A stretch of 64,000 nt of DNA from Epiperipatus broadwayi (lineage: Eukaryota; Animalia; Onychophora): NCBI GenBank assembly GCA_028023455.1, contig JAQFVV010000001.1:11532001-11596000 (forward strand), given 5' to 3'. The position numbers and the translations under genes are program-made. Shown here in pieces: positions 36,021-48,523 of the stretch. The notes under the pieces are model-generated. The model saw only the letters and a list, made by a program, of their open reading frames with translations. It was not told the origin of the DNA and made no database searches. How positions within the stretch are numbered: the stretch's first letter is position 1; each line of letters opens with the position of its first letter.

Positions 36021-39000
36021 TTTAATCACTTTTTGTGATATAGTATTATTGAAAGAAAAATGCATAAATTAAAACTGTTTAATGTTAATTAGATCGTTAA
36101 ACTTTACTAAATTAAAATGAAAAGGTGGATAATTGAAAATGATCTATAGGTTGTGATGGTACATATTAACAAACCCGGTAAGACCCCATAACTGCATGAA
36201 GGCACCACTAGGCATTCAAGCCTAGAACCTGGTCTGCAAGAGTTATCTATCTACATCCTGGTGAAACCTGGTCTTAATTTATTTAATTGCATAGTTATAA
36301 CATCACACCAAGCAACATTTTACCAAACCCAAATACCATGACATAAAGCAACTCTCTATTTTTCTTTTTTAAAAATAAAATAACTATAATACAGGTTCCT
36401 TTACTATCCAGCTACATGTTAAATTCAATCAGATATGAAAATAAATTGTACAATACATGACATTAATTTTTATAATTTAAACATTTATTAAATCTTAAAG
36501 CAAAATCTATATGTGTCGAACCCACTTCTTCCCTTTCTTTCACCTTATTACTCATTTTTTCTTTATGGTCAAACTAATTCTCTATGTAACATTATGTCAA
36601 CTGAAGGTATACTTCCACATCCTTTTAAGCATTGAAGACGGAGGCACAAGGTGCTTCCTGAAACCCCTATCCCAATGATAGATCACTACAGGATTAAGGT
36701 GAACCATCAAACACTATCTTAGCTATCTATCATTACTCAACCAAGCTCTCCATCCCTACCTCATAGATGGCCTGGAAAACATAATTCACTTTGTGAAATC
36801 ACTCTGGTTTTCTCAAAGCCCTCCTCCCTCTCTGTTATAAGATTTTAATTTAACTAATTCTTTTTAAATCAATAACAAGTTGCTCTGTTTTTGTATTACC
36901 AATTTGCATTTCTGAACTCTTTTAACTTATCTAGTTAAGACACATAAGACTTACAGATTCACACAAACTTAATAAGAACATAAAATAAAATAGTGATAAA
37001 TATCATACAAATTAGTTAAGGTGAAACACAAACTCTCTTTGTGAAATGTCCACATGTTATATGTATGACTAAAACAAATGACTTTCAATTATATTAAAAG
37101 CATAGTTCTTTTAAAATAAATGTTTATATTTACCATCTTTTCTGATATAGTGCTGTTATTATGTGACATTTAAAAATCAGTCGTAGTTTAGATCTATGCG
37201 ATGTAATATTAAGAAAGGGGTCTTAACTACTTTGTCCATCATTGTTTCTTTACATATAGAATTGTACAAATTACTTTTGCTGACCTCGGCTAGCTACATC
37301 ACCATCTGTTCTTTATCTGGAGCTTCTTCCTCAGCTGCATAGGGACATCATGAGGCATAGAGACTTCCCCAAAGGAAAACTCTAGCCATGCTACATTATT
37401 TTAAAATAACTATCATGCATACTGATCATTTTTTGCGTTTTTCACAAACCCAAAATATATCCTAACAAAAGTTTTTTTCTTTTTATAGTTTTCCAAAAGC
37501 ACCCCTTCATTTCACTTAGCCTTTTTAAAATTGCGTTTTCTGAGAAAAGAACAAAGAAAATGTTTTTATGATATTATCCACAAATATTTTATCAACTGTA
37601 GATTTTTCTTTCATCCTTGATAGGGATGGTTTTTGATAATTATAATTAAAAACTCACTTATCAACCATAGAATCATAATATTTTATTTTTAATTAACATT
37701 TCACAATAGAGTTGATTTTAATTTTTCCTTCCACCACTTTTTAACATTCCAAGAAGTAATTAGCAAAAAGCAAAGTTTATATGCTTGATTAAACTAAAAA
37801 CTTTCAAGTTCAATTAATAAAACAAAACTTTTAACTTAGATTGCTTAAAAGATAACAAACTAATTAAATTTAAACTTTCGTTAATAAAAAATAAAATTTC
37901 CAATAAAAAATAGAAACCTATTAAAATATATTATTTTAATATGAGATGAAAAATTACTATCTCAAGGTATAAGTAACTAAATAAAAGATTATTATTGAAT
38001 AGTAGCTTAATTCATAATCAGGGTATTCTTATTACTTTCTATCTTTTACCATCACCCATTGTTTTAACTGAACAACAACCTCTAAAGCATGAATGCCTCA
38101 TTTAAGAACTATCAAGCATTTGAGAAGATAAGACTGATGTTTTTTTTTGGATTTTAAACTCTCTAATGTACGTTGGTGAGCAATTTTTTCATTTATCATA
38201 TGAATAATTCTATAATAATAATTGTAACAACGAGCGTATATAGAATATATATTAGGAACTTACCCTTCATGATTCCTTTAAGGCCTCCAAGAGGAATCAA
38301 TAGGTCTCTTTTCAGTTAATAGCAGCAAAAAAAAATTGCAATTTTTATCTGCTTATAATATATAGTTTGAAATCTAGTTAGACACTGGCAATTTTATAAG
38401 TAGGTTATTATGGCATATATATGTATAGAAAGAAAAAGCTCTGAAAGACATACATTTGCTGTCGCATGGAGTTATTAACTATTTTTCAATTTTATTTTTC
38501 CTATAAATCTGTTTTAGTTGGTTAATATCATGTGGGTTGGGTTAGTTTGACCCTTATAATTCAAAATGTAATTATTTAATATCTTGTACATTAATAGAAA
38601 TTTTTTAGTTAAGCTTACATGGCATAACAAAGAAATGAGATCATTGTTTCTTTTAAGCATTGTCAAGTTTAATTAAGATAGTTTTAAACCATTTACATAT
38701 ACTTTTTTGTCAATTATAAACATTCAACTATGTGTATGTATATATAATCTTTCACTAATATAGATGCAATATTCCACAAATTGTTATAAAAGTCAGAATG
38801 TGCATATTTGTGTTATATCTTATATTAGTGTTATCTCTCAACAATAAAAAAAATTGTGCTTAAGAATGAAGCTTTAAATGCAAGAAGATAAATAAAAACA
38901 TTTTTATAATGTTTTAATTATTTTTTTTACTGTTCTTTGCTATATAAAATAATAGTAATAATAATAATAAACTATTATTACCAAATTGCTTATAATTGCA

Positions 39001-39359
39001 ATTTGTTATTTATGATCTGCTAAGTGTTTTACTCAACAATTCTATATTTAAAAAAAGTATTAAATACAAAACACACACAGAAATAAATACTACATTTCAA
39101 TAATAGTAATTGCTTTAATAATTTTATAAATGTTTTAATGGAATTCACAAAAGTTTGTGCAAAATTTATGATACAATGATGGGACAAATATTTGAATACA
39201 ATTGGAGCTATTGTTTACCATAGTTTTTCACTTTTTTTTTTTACACTATTATTTTATAATCTGCTTCCTTCTGTTATATCTCGGAGATTTTTTGTAAATC
39301 AGGGATTTTATTTACAAAATTTATTTTAACTTTTTTTCCTTATAATTTTTTTTTTACCA

Positions 39360-40785
39360 TTTCAGTATAAAGCATCAATTAACCAGTAACATTTCTAATG
39401 AAACAACACAATTTATGAAGAAAAGAAGGAATATGAAAATATATAAAAATGATGTATTAAATAGGATTGAATGTCTAGAATTTTGTAAGATGATGCAAAA
39501 AACATTTAACAATATAATAAAATATAATTATGAATTAGGAGGAAACCTATAGAAGAGAATAAAAGTCTCAAAAGTATAAAACAACATTGTAATATTGGTA
39601 GGAAACTTATTTGTGTAATAAAAAAAAATGGAATTACTAAAAGAGAGATGGCATTATGAAATATGTAGAAGAGTTCTATCAAGAATTATATAGCAATAAA
39701 GAATAAGAAACATCATCTCTAGCCATTATTATATCTTCTGAATTGTCCAGGATTTTAAATGAAAAGTGAGACATGCAATGAAATCTACATAGAAGGAAAA
39801 ATCTTCAGGTAATGATGGAATTATAATTAATAATGAAGAAAAAGAAAAAAAATTGGTAAAATTATATATCAAATATCTAAATGATAAAGATGTACCAGAT
39901 GATTGGAAGGATGCAGTATTAATATTTTTAAAAGGTAATAAAGAAGATATTAGAAATTACAAACCTGTCAGTCTCATCATTTTTATACAAATTTTTTACC
40001 AAGATAATTACAGCTGATCTACAATGAACTTTAGATTTCAACCAACCAAAAGAACAAACTGGATTTAAAAGCAGTTGTAATACAGTGGATCATAACCATG
40101 TATTGAGAAAAGTTATAGAAAAGACCAAAGAGTATGAGTTGCTATTATGCTTTGAATTTGTAGATTATGAAAAGGCTTTAGTTTCTATAAATGCAAGCAT
40201 TGGATCATCATGGTATAGATCCAAGATATTGTCATATTCTAAACAGTAATACTAGGAAGGTTTCATTGAGAACGATATAAGATAGGGTAACTCCATATCT
40301 CCAAAACTTGTTACAGCAGTGCTGCAATAAGTATTTTGTGGATTAAAATGGAAACTAATGGAATAAATGTAAATGGAGATTATTTGTCATTTAGATTTTG
40401 CAGATGATATAGTTGTTTCTACAAATAACACTTCATAATGTCAGGAAATGTTGCAAGCGTTATCAGATGAAAGTAAGACTAAAGTAAAAGTAAACGTTAA
40501 AAAACTAAAGTAATGTTAAATGGAGTTTATCAAAAGATTAAAATAAAGATTAACCAAATGGTAAGTTAGAAGAAGTTAACAATCATAAATACTTTGGTCA
40601 AATTATTACTACAGATGGAAACATAATGAATGAAATTAATCATAGAATTAAACTTGGTTGGAATGCTTTTGATAGAAATAACAATATTAAAAGTTACTAT
40701 GCCTATGTATTTAAAAAGGAGATTTTTTTAATTAATGTATTTTACCAATTCTTACTTATGGATCTGAGACTTGAACACAATAGAA
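39360..40785 (+). mobile_element. Decayed RTE LINE reverse-transcriptase region
   Basis: Fragments KGNKEDIRNYKPVSL, QPKEQTGFKSSCNTVDHNHVL..VIEKTKEYE..FVDYEKA, (L)RFADDI, KTKVM, EINHRIKLGWNAF, LTYGSET. Confidence 0.9.
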
Positions 40786-43204
40786 GAGCACTATAGACGA
40801 CCATTCAACATAGTATTGTAATGGGCGGTCTACTATGCCTGGATTCGCACTTGCCCACACACCAGATGTAACAGAATGGAAAATAACTTGCGGACTGTGA
40901 TACTATGCAAATGTAGCAATCTGGAGACTATGACTTAATGTGCCCTAATCTGCAGAGACCTACCGGGCTTGGAAGGTGAAAAAGTTGCATCTAACTACAG
41001 TCGGACTTTGTGTCTTCAGGTAGAATGCTAATGAAAACCTGATGAAATGCTTAACCAATGATTTCATGCACTTTAATTGACTAGCTCTATCCCTATTTAA
41101 TAATAACAAATGCAATATAGGTTAGTTCATCCACTTTCACCCCTTTCCGATTCCGTTATGCCCTAATATTCAAGCCCAGAGAGAATATTGCTTTTGACTC
41201 CCTTAACAGGTATGAACGGATACACAGCAACTTCTGCACCTATATATAGGTTACAACTAGCATTTATTATATTTGTTTTACTTTACAACTTTTTTATGAC
41301 AAGGAAAATAGATGTGTGTGCATGCATAATTGTTTATAAACTGTGGAACGTCAGAACAACTCAATAAACCAGAGACTGGAATAATATAAACTCTTAATGT
41401 GAATTTCTATCATTTTATTAACTAGTAATTCTCCAGATCCAACCCTTATACCCCATGGTAGAAATCCATCTATGTCATTCATTCTTTACAAATCATAATT
41501 ATATAGAAAAATAAACTTTAGTCATTTAAGATAATTGATATGCTGGCTAGCTAAACTATATATTTACTGATTTTAACAATCTATTTAATTTAAGTCCTGC
41601 CCCCCCCCCAATTTATATATATGATAGATATAGAAATTAATACTAATTGATTGGTCAATCATACTGGAAATATATATATACAGGGTTAATCAACAAAATA
41701 AAACATAATATGTATTCTGTATCAAGTGTTGCAATTTAATCTATAAAAATAAATATAGAGAATCTTACCTTACTATTTGAGTGGATAACCTGATGTGAAG
41801 CAGGTGGGTTAACCTAAATTTTATTTACAATAAAAATAGAAAAATATCTAAGTGAATAATCCCCCCATTTCTTCTTTGCTAATTCTGAAAAATGAGGCTT
41901 CTAGTATCAGAGTGTGAAAATACAACATAGATAACAAAAATATAAAAAAATCAAGCAAAAATTTACAATATTAATTTCTTGATTAAAAATTATAGTTGGA
42001 ACAAAGTTCATAAAAATCCTAATAGAAGTAACAGTTGATAGTTAGGCATGTTGTTCTCCAAAAGCAGTTTCACTTAGCAAATCATTTTCCTTAGCAAGGA
42101 TAAATAGGTACAATGGTGTCTCCTGTAGTTGTGTATGGTAAACACCTTGATCCTTAACTGATTCACCTTTAAATATTCCGATGCTTGTTTACTTTGGACT
42201 GCAGGCATCCTCTTGTGTTTTTACAATAAAGTAGAAAAATAAATAGAGGTTTAATGCAACTGTTAGGAAATAACATGATGCATAATAGCATGTCTTGCTT
42301 TAGCCCATATTCATCTTAAAGTACAATTCAATAATTATCTGTAATCATAAATTTATGTTATATAATATAGAAGCACTTTACTTATATCTGTATTAAAAAA
42401 AATTATTTCTTTTTTTTTTTTTTGCTTCTTATTTTCAGCAGACCTAATTTTCATTATTCTTTTTGAAAAGATTTAAAATATTAAAAATTACTCCAACAAC
42501 TTTCAAAACATGATTTAATTATTTCAAAATTTATAAATTATTCTTACTTTTTATTTCACTTTCTTTCTTCTGAATTTGGCAAAATTTAAGTTACAGCATT
42601 TGACTTTTAAAAAATTCTATGATTCAAATAAAAGAAAAAACAAAACTCCATTTTATCGTTTGAAATTTTACTTTAACTGCTGTATATTGTTATAGCTGGA
42701 ATATTATTGACAAGAACGATTTGTAAAAAGTTTCTGTTTTTATACAGTTTATGCGTAGATCTCCTGAAACGCTGAGATTTTTAACTGCCTATTGTTTAAA
42801 TACATTTCATTTATTACTGATAAAAAATAAAATAATAAAATCAGTTTTATTTTCACACACGGCCACCTAACTTGACCTCAGGCTATCCCTAAATCATTTG
42901 ACTATAAATTAATATTTAATTTTATATTTAAAATATATATATACATTACAGTTTATTAATCAAGTAGTTAATATATATATATACAATATTACTTTCTAAA
43001 ATATTGGTCGTATTAAATTTATTATAAAATAATAATTTGTTGTGTATTCCCTAATTCACTCTAAATAAATATATATGTGTTGTACATGTATATATGTAAT
43101 AATAATAAACAAATAATCTTCCCATTATTAATGCAAGTTCTAAATGGATTGGGTTCAATAAGTAGGCCAATCTTGTTAGGAATATTTGCATTGTAAGCTA
43201 CCCT

Positions 43205-43860
43205 TTACAGTATGGAGAGATGTATATTAGGAATAATAAGAAGTGATTGAAAACAAAATACATGGGTCACAGAACAACCAGATGTTATCGACATCATTGA
43301 AAAAATTAAGAGACTGAAATGGAGTTGGTCTCAACATATTGCTAGAAAAGATAATAGATGGACAGTTGTAATCTTAAACTGGATTTCAAGAGATTGTAAA
43401 AAACCTAGAAAGAGGCTACTTGTGAGATAGGTGATGAAATAATTGTGTATTAGTGTTGTGTGGAAAAAGGAGGTTAGAGTTTGGAGAAACTAGATTGAAA
43501 TTAGAAAGATCTTTATCATTAAATATCACACGGTCATCATTTTTATGCTTACAATGCTATTAACACAGAGGCAAAAATCTTCATATAATAGATTACTCAG
43601 TGCAATCCAGAGTAATCAATGATGCAGGACTCTTTTGTGCATAAAATCTCTACCTAAAACTCCTCGTTGTTGAAAGCCATAAACTAGAAACTAGTCTGAG
43701 GATATTGGATGAGTAGGCAATAAATAGGGATTTTATGCACAAATCGTCCTGCATCCATTGATTACTTTAGCTTGCACTGAATAGCAGCATTACTGTATGG
43801 AGAATTTTGCCTCTGTGAGAGATCTTCATCCTGTAGTGGATCAATATTGATTGAATAAAT
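43205..43860 (+). mobile_element. RTE LINE 3' end (probable continuation of 39360-40785), interrupted by an R1 insertion
   Basis: MERCILGI..DVIDIIEKIKRLKWSWSQHIARKDNRW..ILNW..KPRKR. The terminal GATCTTCATCCTGTAGTGGAT resumes at 43821, matching the 3' end of the copy at 6149-6470. Confidence 0.85.
43518..43819. mobile_element. Family R1 insertion with inverted arms and a decayed hammerhead
   Basis: Left end ATTAAATATCACAC, right end TTTTGCCTCTGTG; TSD AGATCTTTATC / AGATCTTCATC (43507-43517, 43820-43830); motif CTCCTCG-TTGTTGA-...-GAAACTAGTC-TGAGGA. Confidence 0.8.
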
Positions 43861-45529
43861 GATATTGATTGTATTATTCTAACTTATTCTCTCAAATTCT
43901 TTTTACAAATGTAAAGAAAATATTGATTAATTTTCTTTACATATTTTACATCTTAAAGTATCAATAGCATTTTTTTTTGCTAATCCAAATTAATTTTCAG
44001 GTAAACGTTGATATTTAAAAAAAAAAATTCTTAGAAATTTGCTAATTCTCCTACCAAATAATATTAAAATTTTTGTTCTAATGTTTAACAATTCGCTTGT
44101 ATTATCTTTTCCTTTAAATTTCTGCTAAAATAAAAATTGTTCTTAAGGTCTTATGCAATAAAAAAGCAATATTGGAAAGAGATTTAGCAGGCTGAAATTA
44201 TTTAGTTATAATAAGTTTTTCATATTTACTAAGTCAGAGATTGTGTATGTTTTCTTTCAGATTGCACAATTAAGTAGTTCTATTATATGTTTAACTATCT
44301 TTCAATAGTTTATAGGTTCTTGAAAAAATAGTGAAGGAAAAAATTTGGAATAGTGTGGCAAAGATGATGTGAAGACAGCAATTAAAATACTCCTTCACAT
44401 TGTAATTTATTATTTAGGATATTATTATTTATAGCTATTCAACAAAATAAAATGAATAATATCTTAAATTTTATTTTACAATTTTTTTATAATAGATAGA
44501 TTATATTTTGGAAAATAGTTTGATAATCATGGTATATTAAAATTTTTGTCTCTGAATTGTAAATAACAAATCAGAGAATCTGGCATTGTTTGAATCTGTC
44601 TTTGAAAACTTCATTTGCTGCTGCAATTGTAGACTAAATTCATTTTAAATAAGCATTGAAAACAGAATAATTATCTAAAGAAAACTATGGCTGTTCAATT
44701 ATCTGAAAAAGTCAGATACATTTTTGTGTGAATACACGCAGTACTTTTTTATTAATTTTCTCCAGAAGGTTGATGACATAGTCAGACAATGTTATGTTTT
44801 TCTAATCATAAAACTGAGAAATGGCAACAAAGATAAATGTAAATTCTTTGAGCTGGGGAATCTTTAACCATTAAAATAATGTGTCATTACAAATTTCACT
44901 TGATCTTGTTCATTTAATCTAGCTTAATCTGGTTAATTGTTCTGAAATTTTAAATCAACATTATTGGAATCATTTATTTACAAATGATGATATCATTGCA
45001 GTTGAGAATGATTTTATGAATAAATGAAACAAAAGTTTTATTGAAAGAAAATTAAGATTCTTGGAATATTTCTGTGAAAAGTATCAGATTTCTGAGGAAA
45101 TTAGAAAAGTAATAATTTGGTAATTATATTTAGAATTGGCAATTTATAATATTTTATTAGGTTTTTTTTTTTAATTTTAAATAATCAAATTATATATTTG
45201 TCTTAAATAAAAAAATATTTATGGTGTTTTGGAAAATTTTTTATATAGCCTTCACTAATATTTATCTCAATTTTTTTTCAATTTTCTAATTATAAATTAG
45301 AACACCAGAAAAGAACAAGCATTCATGCATATTCTCATTGAATTGACTGTCTATTCTATAGATCATGCCATTGTCTTTTCCAAGTATAACTTTATTAACT
45401 GTTGTATAATCAATATGCTTGCTATTTTATGTTAGTATATTTTTGTCTTAGATAATGAAGCACTAAATAACAATTAAATAAAATACTTATCTAGTTATAA
45501 CAACTAAATAAAATTGTATATTTTTTATT

Positions 45530-45865
45530 ATAAAATAGAAATTCATATAACACTACAATACTAGCCAAAACAACAAAATTTTACTAAAATTCTTCCACAA
45601 TCTATTAACAAATAGACTTTCTCAAGTGGAAATTCAGTCTTACTATCATTTACTTCAAAAACCAACTTCCTTTAACATCACATAATTTCTTCATGATGTT
45701 GATGGCCTCAGATTCAAAAAATTTTATCATCAAAGTTTCTTTTGCTCTTTTTCAATTCACTTTTTTCATAAAAGATACTTTGTTGATAAAATTTTTTGAA
45801 TCTGAGGCCTGTGGAAAATTTTTCTTATTTTGGCTAGTGTTATATGAATTTCTATTTTATTTTTA
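45530..45865. repeat. Nested palindromic (foldback/MITE-like) repeat
   Basis: Outer arms ATAAAATAGAAATTCATATAACACTA / TAGTGTTATATGAATTTCTATTTTAT; inner 26-bp perfect stem GGCCTCAGATTCAAAAAATTTTATCA / TGATAAAATTTTTTGAATCTGAGGCC (45703-45809). Confidence 0.7.
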
Positions 45866-48406
45866 ATTGCTATAACATTAGGCATTATTTAATTTTTTAT
45901 GTTTATAGGTAATCTATTTCATGTATAACAAGTATCATATTTTTAGCATAGAAAGGTTTTAGATTCCCAATCTGAATAAAACTATTTTTTTTATTTAAAA
46001 GAAAATACTGATAAAAAGTAATGAATTACAAGGAGTTTTTCTGGATTATATTTTTATTGATAATACAATCTCTACTTACAACTTTTTATTTTTTTATAAT
46101 ATGCATTAATAAATCTAATGATTAGAGTATTTAAAGTGAGATTTTCTGAATTAAACTTCAAAGATATATTGCATTTCAAATTATTTTCACATAAATTAAT
46201 ATTTATTCTGATAACTTTTTTTTGTTTAATCTTGAATCAAATAATAATCATCATTATTAGGGTATTACTCATAAATGAATATGGCTATTCTAATGGAAGA
46301 AGAATTAAAAAAAAATAGAAAGACAAGAATCATAAAAACTATATGAATTAAAGGATGGAAATGGAGTTACATGAACACACAATCCCAACAATTATGTTCT
46401 GTACTAACCCTAATAATAATGACACTGAGATAAAAGAAAATGGAGACAATGATAAAAAAAATAAGGATAATTTATTTATTTATAAATATTAGTTGTAATT
46501 ATTAGTGAATTAAATTAAGAAGCTTCAACATATTTGTTGAACATTGTGCTTTTCTCAAAAAAAAAAAACTTCAAAGAATTACAAAATTCATTTTATTCTA
46601 TAGTTTTAAAATAATAAAAGTACTAAGAAAACCAGCTTGTTAAAAATAGCTTCTATGTGATTATCAATGTCTTCTGAAAATTAAATTAATTTGGTTATTA
46701 CATCATTGCAAATCTATATTTAAGTTTGAACATTCTTTTATTTAGGTTGCTTAGTATTTCCTGCCTTACTACACTTTGTTATTATAAATAATTGTGTGAT
46801 ATTTTTCAACATTTAAACTTTTCTTAAGTACTTTTATTTTAATGAAATGAAAAATGATGGATATATATATTTATATACAAGCATATATAAATATTGGATT
46901 ATTATATAATGATCTGGCAAAAACAAACCAACTTAACTGCATAATATACCAAGATCTTAGCACATGTCTTGATTTATTTTTACATAATCATTACTTTTAT
47001 CTGGAAGTAAAATTTAGTTGATTATGAACTTAAATGTTATGACAATCTTTAATAAAATCGATAAAAACTTTTTTACAGTGTATTATGATTTTTTAAAATA
47101 AATTTATATATGTCAGTGTTTTATAAAAGTGAGTTTCAGATCAAAAATTTTATTTTTTTCAAATCTCAAAATATCCATTGTATACTACTATATATGCTTC
47201 ACTTTTTTTATATCTTTCCCTCTTTACAACATATTCTTACTCAGTGATATGAAATCTAAAAACTTGCTTGACTGCCTTCATAAAGTGATAACGAAGGAGA
47301 ATATTTACTTAGCAGTTTTTCCAATTTTTGTCTAGTGTGGATTTAAGTATCTGTCTATTATTTATTTGAATTTGAGTATCTGTCTATTGTTTTATACCTG
47401 CTATCCAAAAACCACTAAATACCCATTTACTGACCATTATTGCATTGTTGGTTGAATTAGTTATGAGTCTCTATCTGAAAGAAAAATTCTAAACCTGAAA
47501 TATGTAAAAATACCAGTTGTTTTTTTTTTCAGCCCAAATTTGAATTCACTATAATATCATGAAACCTTTTACATTATGGTAGATACATAGCATTATTTAG
47601 AATTGACTTCGTATAAGGAGGATGATTTTTATTTTATTAATTAATTAAGAAAAAAATTATTCATTGTAATTTAATCATCCATGGAGTTTCCTGAATCATA
47701 ACCACAATATTGACTAATTATTATTAGTGATTACTATTGTAATCACATGGTTTAACTTTTTCAGCGTTGGAAGTGACAGACCATCACAATCCATGATTTG
47801 AGGTATAGAATTCTTTGTTTTATCTCTGCATTAAACCACATTGGTTGCAATATTGATTCATGATTGTGAAGTGGTGTTGGCAGTGCATAATCTCTCAAAC
47901 TTTAAACTTTTTTTTACTATTAATAGCTTGTCAGTTTACATCGACCACATAGTGATCAATGAAAATCAGAAATAGAAATTGCCATTTGTTAATGCATTAT
48001 TCACAGAATGCCACATCTATTACACATTTTTTTCAATCTTTAACATTGCTTCTCAAGTGTTGGATGGAATTTTATAAAGAACATTTAATATTAATTGCCT
48101 TTTTACTTAAATAACATTAATGAAGCTTAGTAATGCAGTATATACTTTAAAATATTTTCTTCAAAGTTCAATAAAGTATTGATTATTTTCTATATACAAA
48201 GGTTAAAGTAAATAATACATTTTTATTTTTTATAATCATATGATTACTGATGGTTTATCAATTATGATATATAAATTAAATTTTCTTTTTATTTCTTCAT
48301 TAAAATGATTTTAATTATTGTTAAATATTAAATAATTTCAATATAGTATACTGTATAATCATATTTATAAATGATATAAATTTATTTTTTACTTTTTATT
48401 TTTTAG

Positions 48407-48523
48407 GATAATTTAATTGGAAAAATAAAAGAAAGTATAAAAGAAAACGGTATATTAAATATTACAAATCAAAGTAAATTAGAAACCAAATTAAAAATTC
48501 AACCCAGTCATTATTCTGAATGA
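48407..48523 (+). CDS. MTIF3: MTIF3 terminal coding exon (DNLIGKIKESIKENGILNITNQSKLETKLKIQPSHYSE*)
   Basis: Strong TTTTTATTTTTTAG acceptor, phase 0 matching the 34033 donor. Supplies the missing helix-strand-strand-P end of IF3-C. AATAAA at 48554-48559. Total protein ~210 aa. Confidence 0.8.
   Translation, partial: DNLIGKIKESIKENGILNITNQSKLETKLKIQPSHYSE

Noticed and set aside
36150-37340. Possible minus-strand solo LTR (TATA followed by a purine-rich run near 36840-36815)
   Set aside because: Could not define matching TG..CA termini with a TSD.
38258-38330. Minus-strand exon-like segment with GTAAGT donor (TYLIPLGGLKGIMK)
   Set aside because: A diverged copy at ~750-815 lacks the frame and donor; it is a dispersed hairpin repeat.
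44316-44372. Possible alternative MTIF3 last exon (VLEKIVKEKIWNSVAKMM*)
   Set aside because: Weaker acceptor, no resemblance to the IF3 C-terminal strands, no supporting evidence.
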